The notes: generated by a model from the sequence alone, not told the origin. Positions 43,627 to 55,639 are shown, counted from the first letter of the stretch. The stretch is DNA of 64,000 bases from Gemmatimonadota bacterium (GCA_022825725.1 JAJDWE010000001.1:7243-71242), one strand, 5' to 3'. Program-made: numbers and translations.

Positions 43627-45290
43627 GCGCTCCCGCCTGCCGATTCCGCCGTCTCTCCCGAAACACTACGCCGCGCCTGGCCGCGCAGGTTGCGATCCTT
43701 CAGGAAAGACGCGCAGAGAGCAAGAAGCGCTGCCAGCGCGGCCAGGGTCCCCACGACGTCGCCGAAGCGCACGTACACGGTCAACCCGTCCGTCGTCGAC
43801 ACGTCCGCCACGAAGGACGCGGGCTCAAAGAGTTGGGTGCGGTGCGACACCCGCCCCAGCGGATCCACGACCTTGGAGATCCCCGTGTTCCCCGAGCGCG
43901 CCGCCCCCATCCGCGTCTCGATGGCACGCATGACGAGGTGCGCCGGGTGCTGCCACAGCGCGCTCGAGCGGCTCCACCACGCGTCGCGCCCGAACCACGA
44001 GTCGTTCGTGATGTTCACGAGGAAGTCCGCGCCGTTTCGCCGGTAGTGCCGCGCCAGCGGCGAGAAGATCGACTCGTAGCAGATCATCGTCCCGTACGCC
44101 GCGCTGCCATCCTCCGTGGCGATCTCGATCGGGGCCTGCCACTCGCCGATCCCGAAGTTCCCTCCCGCATAGGGGATGGCCTGGAACCACTCGGGAGGCA
44201 TGAAGGGCACCCGCTCCACGAACGGCACGAGAAAGCGCTTGTCATACCGGTTGACGACGCCCTCTCCGGGTCGAAAATGGTACGCGGAGTTGTACGGCTG
44301 AAACTCCGGGTCCCCGAGGTCGTCCGCCCCCAGGCCCCCGACCGCGACCTCCGCGTCGAGCGCTTCGGCGAGTTCGGCCGCCCATTCGCGCGCCGCCGTC
44401 CAGCCGGGGTAGCCGAAGGAGGCGAGCGGATCCACGTAGCGCAAGGCGAGCATCGTCTCGGGGAAGAGCACGAGGTCCATGCGTTCCCGGCCCGGCCACT
44501 CGGAGATCAGCGTCGCCGCCGACCGGAAGGCGCTGTCGGCCGACGCGGGGCGGTCCGTGATGCGCAGGTGTTGCGGGACGTTGGGCTGCACGACACCCAC
44601 CCGGGCCACCGGCCGCACGTCCAGCGTCTGCCAGCGCACGACCGAATAGGCGATGGGGAGCGCGAGCACGAGCAGGAGTCCGGCCGCCGGTCGCCGCAGC
44701 GCACGCCAGCCCCCGGACCGGTACGCCAGGAACCCCGACGCGACGAGGGCGTTCGCGAGCGCGAGCCAGAAGGACAGCCCTCGGGAGCCCACGAGGTCGG
44801 CCGCGCCCACGAGGATGGGATAGGCCGAGAGCGTGTCGCCGAACTGCATCCAGGGGAAGGAGACGTCGAGCAGGTGGGCCCGCAGCACCTCCCCGGCGGT
44901 CCAGAAGACGGGGAAGACGATGTAGAGCGGCCACCGGAAGCGCGCCCGCACCAGGTGGATCCCTCCCGCCACCCACGACATGAAGGTCGCGAGGATGAGG
45001 ATCGGGGCGAGGAAGGCGAAAAACGCCCACCACGTGTAGAAGATGAGCGCCACGAGGAGCCAGTACAGGACGAGCGTGTAGTAGACGAGCCCGAAGAGGA
45101 ATCCCCCCTTGCGAGCCTGCTTGCGGCCCTCCGGCGTCGCCGGGAGTCCCTCGAGCCAGACGATGAAGGGGACGAGCGCGACGAAGGACGTCACGAGAAG
45201 GTGGAAGGGCGGGTGGGCGAGCCCCATCAACACCCCGCCGAGGAGGAGGGGACCGGCCCGGTCGGGGACGATCCGCGCGCGCCAGTTCAA
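43623..45290 (-). CDS. lnt: apolipoprotein N-acyltransferase
   Basis: Multi-TM N-terminal domain followed by a CN-hydrolase domain (VVQPNV, YDKRFLVPFVERVPF, MICYESIF, VNITNDSWFG). Start proposed at TTG 45290, overlapping the hemL stop. Confidence 0.85.
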   Translation of the reverse strand: MNWRARIVPDRAGPLLLGGVLMGLAHPPFHLLVTSFVALVPFIVWLEGLPATPEGRKQARKGGFLFGLVYYTLVLYWLLVALIFYTWWAFFAFLAPILILATFMSWVAGGIHLVRARFRWPLYIVFPVFWTAGEVLRAHLLDVSFPWMQFGDTLSAYPILVGAADLVGSRGLSFWLALANALVASGFLAYRSGGWRALRRPAAGLLLVLALPIAYSVVRWQTLDVRPVARVGVVQPNVPQHLRITDRPASADSAFRSAATLISEWPGRERMDLVLFPETMLALRYVDPLASFGYPGWTAAREWAAELAEALDAEVAVGGLGADDLGDPEFQPYNSAYHFRPGEGVVNRYDKRFLVPFVERVPFMPPEWFQAIPYAGGNFGIGEWQAPIEIATEDGSAAYGTMICYESIFSPLARHYRRNGADFLVNITNDSWFGRDAWWSRSSALWQHPAHLVMRAIETRMGAARSGNTGISKVVDPLGRVSHRTQLFEPASFVADVSTTDGLTVYVRFGDVVGTLAALAALLALCASFLKDRNLRGQARRSVSGETAESAGGSA

Positions 45291-46624
45291 CCCGTGCCCT
45301 CCGGCGCCGCGTCCAGTGCCGCGTCCAGTGCCGCGTCCAGCGCCTCGCCCACGACCGTGAGCGTCTCCGCCACGTCCGCGTCCGTATGGGCGGTGGAGAG
45401 GAAACCCGCCTCGAAGGCGGAAGGCGCGAAGAAGACGCCCCGCTCGAAGCACGCCCGGTAGTAGCGGGCGAAGAAGTCCGTGTCCGCGCGCCGCGCGCCA
45501 TCGAAATCGAACACGGGGCCCTCGGTGAAGAAGACGCCCCACATCGAGCCCAGCGCGGTCCCGCAGGCCGCGATGCCGCGGGCGCTCGCCGCCGCCAGGA
45601 TACCGTCCACGAGCGTCGCGGCGCGCCGCTCCAGACCGTCGAAGGGGTCCGTCCGCTCGAGCTCGTCGAGTTGGGCGATGCCCGCGGCCATGCCGAGCGG
45701 GTTCCCCGACAGCGTCCCGGCCTGGTACACCTCCCCTTCCGGAGCCATCCGCCGCATCAGCTCGCGTGGGCCCGCGTACGCCGCGACCGGAAGCCCCGCG
45801 CCGAGGACCTTCCCGAGCGTGACGAGATCCGCAGCGACTCCGTAGCGCTCCTGCGCGCCACCCCGCGCGACCCGGAACCCGGTCATCACCTCGTCGAAGA
45901 TGAGGAGCGTTCCGGCGCGGTCGCAGCTCTCGCGGAGACCCTCCAGAAAGCCCTCGCGCGGCGGAATGAGGCCCGCGTTGCCCGCCACCGGCTCGACGAT
46001 GACGGCCGCGAGCCGCGAGCCGTGTTCCGCGAACATCGCCGCCACCGCCCCGACGTCGTTGTAGGGCGCCGTCAGAGTCAGGCCGGAGGTCGCCGCCGGA
46101 ACGCCCGGCGAATCGGGAAGCGACAGCGTGGCGACGCCCGATCCGGCCACGACGAGAAAGGCGTCCGCGTGGCCGTGATAGCAGCCCTCGAACTTCAGAA
46201 TCAGGTCACGGCCGGTCGCGGCGCGGGCGAGCCGCACGGCGGACATCGTGGCCTCGGTCCCGCTGTTCACGAAGCGCACCATCTCTACGCCGGGCACCCG
46301 GGCGGCGACGCGTTCCGCGAGTTCGACCTCGCGTGCCTGGCAGGCCCCGAAGCTCATGCCGTCGCGGGCCGCGCGCGCCACGGCCTCCACGACGGGCGGC
46401 GCGGCGTGGCCGAGGATGAGCGGACCCCAGGAAAGGACGTAGTCGAGATAGCCGCGCCCGGCCTCGTCGAAGATCCTCGCGCCCTCGCCGCGGGCGGCGA
46501 ACAGCGGCTCCATCCCGACGGCGCGGAACGCCCGCACGGGCGAACTCACGCCGCCCGGCATCACGCCGCGCGCCCGCCGAAACCAGTCGGAGGCGACGGC
46601 CGGCCGGCGAGGCCCGCGGCTCAC
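45287..46624 (-). CDS. hemL: glutamate-1-semialdehyde 2,1-aminomutase
   Basis: GGVSSPVRAF, DYVLSWGPLILGH, NSGTEATMSAVRLAR and DEVMTGFR...LGKVLGAGLP are canonical HemL. Confidence 0.95.
   Translation of the reverse strand: MSRGPRRPAVASDWFRRARGVMPGGVSSPVRAFRAVGMEPLFAARGEGARIFDEAGRGYLDYVLSWGPLILGHAAPPVVEAVARAARDGMSFGACQAREVELAERVAARVPGVEMVRFVNSGTEATMSAVRLARAATGRDLILKFEGCYHGHADAFLVVAGSGVATLSLPDSPGVPAATSGLTLTAPYNDVGAVAAMFAEHGSRLAAVIVEPVAGNAGLIPPREGFLEGLRESCDRAGTLLIFDEVMTGFRVARGGAQERYGVAADLVTLGKVLGAGLPVAAYAGPRELMRRMAPEGEVYQAGTLSGNPLGMAAGIAQLDELERTDPFDGLERRAATLVDGILAAASARGIAACGTALGSMWGVFFTEGPVFDFDGARRADTDFFARYYRACFERGVFFAPSAFEAGFLSTAHTDADVAETLTVVGEALDAALDAALDAAPEGTG
45309..45344. repeat. 12-nt x3 tandem repeat in the hemL 3' end
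   Basis: GCGTCCAGTGCC GCGTCCAGTGCC GCGTCCAGCGCC encodes (minus strand) ALDAALDAALDAA at the HemL C-terminus. Confidence 0.9.
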
Positions 46625-48072
46625 CGGCCCCAGGCGCTGTCGAGTCCCAGGACGGGAAGCCCCCGCCCCGGCTGCGCGGCCGCAGATGGCACCGCCCTTC
46701 CCCGCTCGGGCGCCCGGCGCACGACTTCACGGACGCGCCCCGCGAGGTCGAAGTCGGCGGCCCGCTGGATCTCGACCCGCACCAGCGAACCGGGGGCGAG
46801 GCCGTTCCCGCCCACGAGCACGGTCACGCCGTCCACGTCGTCCGCCTGGCTGTCGATCCGGCCGAGATGCGCCGCGCCCGGAGGGTCCGCATAGAGGAGT
46901 TCGAGCGTCGGCTCGTCCGGGGCCGCGGGCGCGTCCACGACGGCGACGCGTTCGCGGCCGACCTCCGCCGCAAGCCGCTCGCGGCTCACGGCCCGCTGGA
47001 CCTCGAGCACCTCCTCGAGACGGTCCCGCGCCAGCTCCGCGGGGACGAAGCTCTCCTCCATCGCGGCCGCGCGCGTCCCTTCCTGCGGCGAGAACGCGAA
47101 GGCGCCGAGCCGGTCGAACGGCACCTCATCGAGAAAATCCACGAGTTCGCGGAACTCCGCGTCCGTCTCGCCCGGGAACCCGACGAGCACCGTCGTCCTC
47201 AGCGTGAGTTCGGGGATCGCCTCCCGCAGCCGGGCGACCTTCGATCGCAGCGTCGCGGCCCGCTCCGGCCGGCGCATGCGGTGGAGCACGGTGTCGCTCG
47301 CGTGCTGGATCGGCATGTCGATGTACGAGAGGAGCCGCGTCTCGGACGCCATCAATTCGACGAGCGGTTCGCGCAGGCCCGCGGAGTAGATGTACAGGAG
47401 ACGGAACCAGGGGATCGAAGTCTCGCGCAGCAGCGCCTCCAGGAGCGTCGCGATGTCCGTCCCGTCCCGTTGCTCCCGGCCCCAGTGCGCAAGGTCCTGC
47501 GCCACCAGGTTCACCTCCACGGCACCCTGCGCCTCGAGGCGCTGCGCCTCGGCGACGATACGCTCCAGTTCGAAGGAGCGGTGCTTCCCCCGCCAGAGAG
47601 GAATCGCGCAGAAGGCGCACGCGTGGCTGCATCCCTCGCTCACCTTCAGGTAGCGGACATGGCGCGCCCCGACGGGGATCCGTTCTCCCGGGTGCGCGTC
47701 CCCGGCCGGAGCCGGTCCCTGGAGGAGTCCGCGCTCGCGCAGTTCCGGCACGAGGCGGTCGAGGTCTCGCAGCCCGAGAAGGAGGTCGACCTCCGGCAGC
47801 GCCTCCGCCATTTCCTCCCGATACCGCTCCACCATGCACCCGACCGCCACGACGCTGCGGCACGCCCCTTCGCGCTTCAGCCGCTCCGCCTCGAGGATCG
47901 TCTCGATCGACTCTTCCTTCGCGGCGTCGATGAACCCGCAGGTGTTGACGAGGATGACCTCCGCTTCCTCCAGACCGGTGCGCTCGGCTCCGTGGCGGAC
48001 GAGTTCGGCGAGCATGCGCTCGGAATCGACGGTGTTCTTGTCGCAGCCGAGGCTGATGAGCCCTAGTCGCAT
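46621..48072 (-). CDS. rimO: ribosomal protein S12 methylthiotransferase (radical SAM, MiaB/RimO family)
   Basis: The start MRLGLISLGCDKNTVDSERM is RimO-type. Also VNTCGFI, the radical SAM motif CSHACAFCAIP, and a C-terminal TRAM-like domain. Start at internal ATG 48072. Confidence 0.9.
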   Translation of the reverse strand: MRLGLISLGCDKNTVDSERMLAELVRHGAERTGLEEAEVILVNTCGFIDAAKEESIETILEAERLKREGACRSVVAVGCMVERYREEMAEALPEVDLLLGLRDLDRLVPELRERGLLQGPAPAGDAHPGERIPVGARHVRYLKVSEGCSHACAFCAIPLWRGKHRSFELERIVAEAQRLEAQGAVEVNLVAQDLAHWGREQRDGTDIATLLEALLRETSIPWFRLLYIYSAGLREPLVELMASETRLLSYIDMPIQHASDTVLHRMRRPERAATLRSKVARLREAIPELTLRTTVLVGFPGETDAEFRELVDFLDEVPFDRLGAFAFSPQEGTRAAAMEESFVPAELARDRLEEVLEVQRAVSRERLAAEVGRERVAVVDAPAAPDEPTLELLYADPPGAAHLGRIDSQADDVDGVTVLVGGNGLAPGSLVRVEIQRAADFDLAGRVREVVRRAPERGRAVPSAAAQPGRGLPVLGLDSAWGR

Positions 48073-49046
48073 CGCACGTCGTCGGGAAAGACGGGCACGC
48101 CCTCCGGGGGCGCGTACTCGAAGACGCCGGGGTCGATCCGGGCCTGCGGTTCGAGGGGGGTCAGCGTCACCGTGCGGAGCGTCTGGTTCTCCTCGCGAAT
48201 GCGGAAGCGGCGCACGTAGCGATCGGACACGCCGATCCACAGGCGGACCTCCACGTATCTCGCCGGGAGTTCCCGCGGCGTGAGCGACACGATCCGCGTC
48301 TCCACACCATCGATCTCGCCGGTTCCTTCATCGACCGCGTCGTAGGTCGTCCGCGCCTGCGAGAGCAGACGTCCGAGGATGTCGACAGTGCCGATTTCCA
48401 CACCGTCCTCGAGGGGGGAGACCATGACCTGATCGTGGAGCGAGGGTTCGTAGAGCCAGAGACAGGATCCGTCCGCCACGTAGATGTCGCCGGCCGGTTC
48501 GTCGAAATCCATCCGGAACCGGTTCCGTCCCTCCTGATACCAGGTGCCGCGGCCCTCGCGGGTGCGGCCGAGAAGCGGGTTCTCGATGCGCTGGGCAAAG
48601 GCCGCCTTGAGCCGGTCGAGCGAAGCGTAGGCCGAATTCGCAAGGGCGAGGAGCGAGTCGACGCCCACCTGGCCGGACTCGTCGTCCACCCGTCCAGGGT
48701 CGTCGTCCGTCGGCGCGGGCCCGTCATCCACATCCACCGGCCCTGTGCCCTCCGGATCGGGAAGCTCCGGGGCCGGAACGGGTGCGTCTTCACTCGGCGC
48801 CGCGCCGTCGGCCTCTTCCGGCTCCTCGACCCGCGGCTCGCTCTGCCCGGCCGCGGCATCCCCCGTGGCCGCAGGTCGCGCCGGCGCGTCGCGCGGGCCG
48901 AACTCCGCCTCGATCCGGGCACGTGCCTCTGCGACCTCCGCGGAATCCGCATCGGAGCACGCCAGCGCGAACGCACCCGCGAGGAATCCGGCCGCGAGGA
49001 AGCCGGAGCCCCACGGACCGGACGGCGGCGGACGGAAAGATCTCAT
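48063..49046 (-). CDS. LolA-like outer-membrane lipoprotein carrier family protein with a long acidic/Pro-rich linker
   Basis: Lipobox-like FALAC. The C-terminal 200 aa (L.A.F.Q......GR...G.G.W....NRFRMDF.EP.GD.YVADG..LWLYEP) looks like the LolA fold. It occupies the classic position downstream of ftsK. Confidence 0.6.
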   Translation of the reverse strand: MRSFRPPPSGPWGSGFLAAGFLAGAFALACSDADSAEVAEARARIEAEFGPRDAPARPAATGDAAAGQSEPRVEEPEEADGAAPSEDAPVPAPELPDPEGTGPVDVDDGPAPTDDDPGRVDDESGQVGVDSLLALANSAYASLDRLKAAFAQRIENPLLGRTREGRGTWYQEGRNRFRMDFDEPAGDIYVADGSCLWLYEPSLHDQVMVSPLEDGVEIGTVDILGRLLSQARTTYDAVDEGTGEIDGVETRIVSLTPRELPARYVEVRLWIGVSDRYVRRFRIREENQTLRTVTLTPLEPQARIDPGVFEYAPPEGVPVFPDDVRCD

Positions 49047-51355
49047 GGTTCGTCGACGTTCCCGGCGTCCAGATCGCCCAGCGTCGCGAGCACCTCCCGG
49101 GGCTTCGATCCCTCCGCGGGTCCCACGATTCCCGCTGCGTGCAGCTGGTCGATGATGCGCGCCGCCCGTCCGTACCCGATCTTGAGCCGGCGCTGAAGCA
49201 GGCTTGTCGAACCCGCCGCGTGCGAGATCACGATCTCGGCGGCCTGCCGGAACAACGGGTCCCGGTCCTCCGCACCCTCGTCCGAGACCCCGGATCCACC
49301 CTCTTCCTCCTCCAGTTCCTTCAGCAGGTCGAGGATGTCGCGCTCCGAAGCGGCCTCTTCCCCGGCTCTCTCGGCCTCTTCCTCGGCCTTCTCGGCCTCC
49401 GCACGCGCCTTCGCCTGTTCCCGGTACCAGTCGAGGAGGCGTTCCGTCTCCTCGGAGGAGATGTAGGCGCCCTGGATGCGGACAGGATCGGATTCGCCCG
49501 GCGGCAGGAAGAGCATGTCCCCGTTCCCGAGCAGGCTCTCCGCTCCGTTCTGGTCGAGGATCGTACGGCTGTCGATCTTCGACGCGACCCGGAACGCGAT
49601 TCGGCTCGGGATGTTCGCCTTGATGAGGCCGGTGAGGACATTGACCGAGGGGCGCTGCGTCGCGAGCACGAGGTGGATCCCGACCGCCCGGGCCTTCTGG
49701 GCCAGCATCGCGAGCGGCGTCTCGACCTCGGACTGCACCGTCATCATCAGGTCCGCCAGTTCGTCGATGACGAGGACGATGTAGGGGAGCGGCCCCTCGT
49801 CGTAGAGCGCCGGCTCATCCATGACGCCGCGCTTCGGGAGGAACACCTCGCGCCCGCGCGTGATCCGGCCGTTGAACTCCGCGACATTCCGGCATCCGTT
49901 CGCAGAGAGCAGTCCAAAACGGCGCTTCATCTCGTAGACCGACCACTTCAGGACGGACGCCGCCTCTTCGTTGTCCGTGATGACGGGGTGGCGGAGGTGC
50001 GGGAGGTCTCCGTAGACGGACAGCTCCACCATCTTCGGATCCACCATCAGGAGCCGGAGTTCGGCGGGCGTGTACCGGCATACGAGACTCGTGATGAGGG
50101 CGTTGATGCACACCGACTTCCCCGACCCGGTCTGGCCCGCGATGAGAAGGTGCGGCATCCGTGTCAGATCCGCGCACGTCGGCTTGCCGGAGAGGTCGCG
50201 GCCGAGCGCGAGCGGGAGAGTATGGCGTCCCCTGCGATAGGACGGGCTCTCGAGGATCTCGCGCACGAGCACGATCTCCGACGCGGGGTTCGGCACCTCG
50301 ACGCCGACGGCGCCCTTGCCGGGGATCGGCGCCACGATCCGGACGGACGGCGCCTTGAGGGCGAGCGCGATGTCATCCGCGCGGGCGGAGATCTGTCCCA
50401 CCTTGACGCCCGGCGCCGGGACGACCTCGAACTGCGTCACGACGGGGCCCGTGGTCCAGCCGCCAATCTCGCCGGCCACGCGGAAGGTCGCGAGCTTCTC
50501 GATGAGGATCTCGCCGAGGCGGTCGAGATCGCGCACGCCGAGGCCGCTGCCCCGTCCCGTCGGCTCATCGAACAGCGGTATTGGCGGGACATCCGAGGAG
50601 CCGGGATCGCCGGCTTCCTTCAGTTCCGGGACGGGAGGCGTCTCATCCTCCGGTGCCGGATCCGGCTCGGGCGGCGCGCTCGCCGGTTTCGCGGGCTTCC
50701 GTTTCTTCGCGGCGCGGCCGCGTCCGGTCGCCGCCTTCACCTTCGCTTCGCTCGACGGATCGGGCTTTGCGGGCGGCCGGGAAGAACGAGAAGGCCGCGC
50801 GCGGCCAGCGAAGGAGCGGCCGAGCCCGAGGACCGCGCCGCCGGCGGCCACGACGCCGCGGCGGAGCGAGCGCCCTCCCGCCGTCACGGCGCTCGTCAGC
50901 GACCACCGCATGGTGACGAAGAGGGTGAGCACGAGGACGCCCGCGGCGAGGAGCACCCCGCCGACGCGGCCGAACACCTGCGCGAGGCCATCCCCGGCGG
51001 TCGCGCCCAGCCAGCCGATATCGCCCACGCTCCCGGGTCCCGGTCCCGCGATGAGCCGGTACAGCGACGGGAGGACCGCAAGCAGAACGACCGAGAGGAT
51101 GGACCAGCGGAGGGCCCGGGCCGGATCGCCCCATCCGAGGAAATGCAGGCCCCACATGAACGCCGGGACCGCGACGAGCGGCGAAAGGACTCCGACGGCC
51201 CTCTCGAGGCTGTCGTGAAGCAGTTCCCCGGCCGGCCCGATCCAGTTGGCCCCCCCGGCGATCAGGGGCGACAGCAGCGCGAAGGCCACCAGGAGGCCGA
51301 GCAAGATCAGCGCGACGCCGAGCACCTCGCGCCGTTGCCGTTCATCCACCATCAC
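49043..51355 (-). CDS. ftsK: DNA translocase FtsK/SpoIIIE
   Basis: Four N-terminal TM helices, a Pro/Ala/Lys-rich linker, Walker A GQTGSGKSV, LVIDELADLMM, and the C-terminal gamma-domain winged helix (LLQRRLKIGYGRAARIIDQL). Confidence 0.95.
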   Translation of the reverse strand: MMVDERQRREVLGVALILLGLLVAFALLSPLIAGGANWIGPAGELLHDSLERAVGVLSPLVAVPAFMWGLHFLGWGDPARALRWSILSVVLLAVLPSLYRLIAGPGPGSVGDIGWLGATAGDGLAQVFGRVGGVLLAAGVLVLTLFVTMRWSLTSAVTAGGRSLRRGVVAAGGAVLGLGRSFAGRARPSRSSRPPAKPDPSSEAKVKAATGRGRAAKKRKPAKPASAPPEPDPAPEDETPPVPELKEAGDPGSSDVPPIPLFDEPTGRGSGLGVRDLDRLGEILIEKLATFRVAGEIGGWTTGPVVTQFEVVPAPGVKVGQISARADDIALALKAPSVRIVAPIPGKGAVGVEVPNPASEIVLVREILESPSYRRGRHTLPLALGRDLSGKPTCADLTRMPHLLIAGQTGSGKSVCINALITSLVCRYTPAELRLLMVDPKMVELSVYGDLPHLRHPVITDNEEAASVLKWSVYEMKRRFGLLSANGCRNVAEFNGRITRGREVFLPKRGVMDEPALYDEGPLPYIVLVIDELADLMMTVQSEVETPLAMLAQKARAVGIHLVLATQRPSVNVLTGLIKANIPSRIAFRVASKIDSRTILDQNGAESLLGNGDMLFLPPGESDPVRIQGAYISSEETERLLDWYREQAKARAEAEKAEEEAERAGEEAASERDILDLLKELEEEEGGSGVSDEGAEDRDPLFRQAAEIVISHAAGSTSLLQRRLKIGYGRAARIIDQLHAAGIVGPAEGSKPREVLATLGDLDAGNVDEP

Positions 51356-52104
51356 GCATCCTCCCCGCCCCGACTGCCAACGAGGGCGCCGTCCCGCCAG
51401 ACCGGCACGACCTCGAGATCATCCAGCCCCGCGCAAACCGCCAGATCCGCACTCCGGCCGATCGCGTGCAGCGCCCGGCCGGCCGCGGTACCGGCGAGAC
51501 CGGTCGCCGTCGGCGGTCCCAGGCGGGCGGAGAGGACCTGCGCGGCCCGTGCGCCATCGGTCAGTTCGGCCTCCGCGACCGTCCGGACCAGCCGCTCTAC
51601 AAGATGGCCCGCGCACCACGCGTCGTCCATGCTCACGCGCCCTCGCCGCCCGGCGCACACGATCGCGACGTCGCGCTCGGCCGCATTCGCGTCCGCCGCA
51701 ACCCGCCGCGCCACGGCGCCGGCGTTCCGGAAGCAGCCCAACCGGAGGGAGCCGACGCCGGCGGCGCGCGCCGCTTCGATCGCCGCCGTCCCGTTCGTCG
51801 TCGTGAACACCAGGGCACGGCCGGCCACCGATCCGCGTTGGAACTCGCCGGGCGCGTTCCCGCGATCGAAGCCGCGCGGCGGGAGGCCCCGGCGTTCTCC
51901 GCACAGGAGCGCCCCTCCATCTCGCGCCGCCTCCGCGCGAGCCTCCTCGACGGTCCGCACGGGAATCACGCACTCCGCTCCGGCCGCAAAGGCGGTTGCG
52001 ATGCTCGTCGTCGCCCGGATCACATCGACGACGATCGTGGCGCGTCCGCGCGGGGGGTCGGTCTCGAGTTCTTCGGGAAGCCACAGCACATCGATCGCGC
52101 TCAC
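51352..52104 (-). CDS. comB: 2-phosphosulfolactate phosphatase (ComB) family protein
   Basis: VVDVIRATTSIATAFAAGA, CGERRG...GFDRGNAPGEF and TTTNGTAAI match the ComB family pattern. Confidence 0.75.
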   Translation of the reverse strand: MSAIDVLWLPEELETDPPRGRATIVVDVIRATTSIATAFAAGAECVIPVRTVEEARAEAARDGGALLCGERRGLPPRGFDRGNAPGEFQRGSVAGRALVFTTTNGTAAIEAARAAGVGSLRLGCFRNAGAVARRVAADANAAERDVAIVCAGRRGRVSMDDAWCAGHLVERLVRTVAEAELTDGARAAQVLSARLGPPTATGLAGTAAGRALHAIGRSADLAVCAGLDDLEVVPVWRDGALVGSRGGEDA

Positions 52105-52117
52105 GGGCGACCGCCGC

Positions 52118-53461
<1,344 letters not shown>

Positions 53462-53477
53462 GGGCCCGGCCGCGGCT

Positions 53478-53966
53478 TCAGTCGGGCTCGATGCGGAAGA
53501 GCAGCGCGCCGTACTCCACCGGCTCGGCGTTCTCGACCGCGATCTCCCGCACGACGCCCGCGACGTCCGACTGCAGTTCGTTCATGAGCTTCATCGCTTC
53601 GAGGATGCAGAGCGTCTGGCCGGCCTCCACCCGGTCCCCCACGGATACGAAGGGGTCGGCGTCGGCCGCCGGCGCCCGGTAGAAGGTGCCGACCATGGGA
53701 GAGAGCACCTCGAACAGCCCGGACGCGGGCGCCGCCTCGGCCAGCGGGGCGTCGGGCGCGGCCGCCGGCGTCGGCGCGACCTCCACGCTGCCGACCGCCG
53801 CCGCAGGCACGGCCGCTGCGGGCACGGCCGCCGCCACGCGCGGGGACTTCCTGATCCTGACGCGGGTCGGGTCGCCCGTATCCGAACCCACAAGCTCGAT
53901 GTCGAGGCCGTCCACGCCCGAGTCCTCGACCAACTCGATGAGTCCCTTCAGCCAATCCAGGTCCAT
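53478..53966 (-). CDS. accB: acetyl-CoA carboxylase biotin carboxyl carrier protein
   Basis: A/P-rich linker followed by [11 protein letters not shown]....[22 protein letters not shown] (biotinyl-Lys motif EAMK). Confidence 0.9.
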   Translation of the reverse strand: MDLDWLKGLIELVEDSGVDGLDIELVGSDTGDPTRVRIRKSPRVAAAVPAAAVPAAAVGSVEVAPTPAAAPDAPLAEAAPASGLFEVLSPMVGTFYRAPAADADPFVSVGDRVEAGQTLCILEAMKLMNELQSDVAGVVREIAVENAEPVEYGALLFRIEPD

Positions 53967-53968
53967 GG

Positions 53969-54532
53969 TCAGGTCACCCGCGTGATGTACTTGTTTTCCG
54001 TCCTGTCGACGCGCACCACGTCGCCGGTTTCGAGGAAGAGCGGCACCTGGATCACGGCGCCGGCCGCCAGCCGGGCCGGCTTCGTTCCGCCCTGGGCCGT
54101 GTCCCCCCGCACTCCGGGGTCCGTCTCGACGATCTCCAGCTCGACGAACTGCGGCAGTTCGACCGCGAGCACGACGCCGTCACGGTTGAGGCTCTGACAC
54201 TCCATGTTCTCCTCCAGATACTGGAGCTGGTCCGCTCCGATCTGGTCTCCCGACATCGGAATCTGTTCGAAGGTCTCCATGTTCATGAAGTAGTGCAGGT
54301 GACCGTCCGTGTACGTGTACTGTACGGGTCGCCGTTCCAGACGCACCTCCCTGACCTTCTCGCCGGCGCGGAAGGTCTTGTCGATCACTCCTCCCTCCAT
54401 CACGTCCTTGAGCTTCGTGCGGACGAAGGCGCCGCCCTTTCCCGGCTTGACGTGCTGGAAGTACGTGATCGAGTAGAGGGTGCCGTTGAGTTCGATCACC
54501 ATCCCTCGACGAAAATCCGAAGTATCTGCCAT
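53969..54532 (-). CDS. efp: elongation factor P
   Basis: [39 protein letters not shown]...; 187 aa, canonical EF-P. Confidence 0.97.
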   Translation of the reverse strand: MADTSDFRRGMVIELNGTLYSITYFQHVKPGKGGAFVRTKLKDVMEGGVIDKTFRAGEKVREVRLERRPVQYTYTDGHLHYFMNMETFEQIPMSGDQIGADQLQYLEENMECQSLNRDGVVLAVELPQFVELEIVETDPGVRGDTAQGGTKPARLAAGAVIQVPLFLETGDVVRVDRTENKYITRVT

Positions 54533-54553
54533 GGTATCCTGCCAGGTATCCTG

Positions 54554-55639
54554 CTAGAGCCGGACGAGGGCGCGTGGAAGGCGGGTCAGCGTGCGGGCAC
54601 CGGCCTCCCCGATCCGCACATCGTCCTCGATGCGCACGCCGCCGCGTCCGGGAAGATACAAGCCCGGTTCCACTGTCACCACGTTTCCCCGCTCGAGGAC
54701 ATCATCGGAGCGGGACGAGAGGCTTGGGCCCTCGTGCACATCGAGTCCGATCCCGTGTCCCGTGCTGTGACCGAAGAAGCCGTCCATGTCGTGGCGCGCG
54801 AACGTCTCCCGTACGACCTCGTCCACCTCCCGGCACGCGACCCCATCGCCGATCACCTCGCGCGCCTTCCTCTGAGCTTCGAGCACCTGCTCGTGGAGTG
54901 TCGCCTGCCAGGGCTCGGGCGTCCCCCTCACGAAGGTGCGCGTGAGATCGCTGCAGTAGCCGTCCACGCGGGCGCCGAAGTCGATGAGGAGGAGATCCCC
55001 GGGCTCGACGCGTCGGTCCGTGGGCGTCGCGTGGGGAAGCGCGGAGCGTTCTCCCGCCGCAACGATCGGGTCGAACGGCAGCGGACCCGAACCCCCGCGG
55101 CGGAGTTCCATCTCGAGCGCGGTCGCGACCTGGCGTTCGGTCGGTGAGGCGGACCATTCCATGGTCGACAGCAACCGGTTGAACGCACTCTCCGCCACCG
55201 CAATCGCCCGTTCGATGGCATCGACTTCGTCGGCGGTCTTCACCTGCCGCAACGTCCGGATGAGATTGCGGAGCGGGACGAAGGCGATATCGGGGAGCAT
55301 GCCGCGCAGAGACTCGTAGTCGGCGACCGTGAGCCCCTCGGCCTCGAACGCGATGGGGCCTGCGGCATCCGCCGCGACTTCGGCGACGCCGCGGATCCAC
55401 CCCTCGCGGCTGATGTGGGTGCGGATCGAACCCGCCACCTCGATGTCGACCTGCTGCTCGTAGCGAAAGTCCGTGACGAGCACCGGCGGACTCTCCAGCG
55501 GGATCCACAGAGCCCCGGCGGAGCCCGTGAAGCCGCTGAGGTACCTGACGCTGGATCGGGCGGTCACGAGGACCGACCGGCGATCGGCGGCCCTCGTCGC
55601 CGCTTCGATCCGAAGGCGCCGGGCTCCCGGCGGTGTCAC
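54554..55639 (-). CDS. M24-family Xaa-Pro aminopeptidase
   Basis: Creatinase-like N-domain plus the M24 metal ligands in LIDFGARVDGYCSDLTRT, HSTGHGIGLDVHE, VVTVEPGLY and VRIED. Confidence 0.9.
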   Translation of the reverse strand: MTPPGARRLRIEAATRAADRRSVLVTARSSVRYLSGFTGSAGALWIPLESPPVLVTDFRYEQQVDIEVAGSIRTHISREGWIRGVAEVAADAAGPIAFEAEGLTVADYESLRGMLPDIAFVPLRNLIRTLRQVKTADEVDAIERAIAVAESAFNRLLSTMEWSASPTERQVATALEMELRRGGSGPLPFDPIVAAGERSALPHATPTDRRVEPGDLLLIDFGARVDGYCSDLTRTFVRGTPEPWQATLHEQVLEAQRKAREVIGDGVACREVDEVVRETFARHDMDGFFGHSTGHGIGLDVHEGPSLSSRSDDVLERGNVVTVEPGLYLPGRGGVRIEDDVRIGEAGARTLTRLPRALVRL

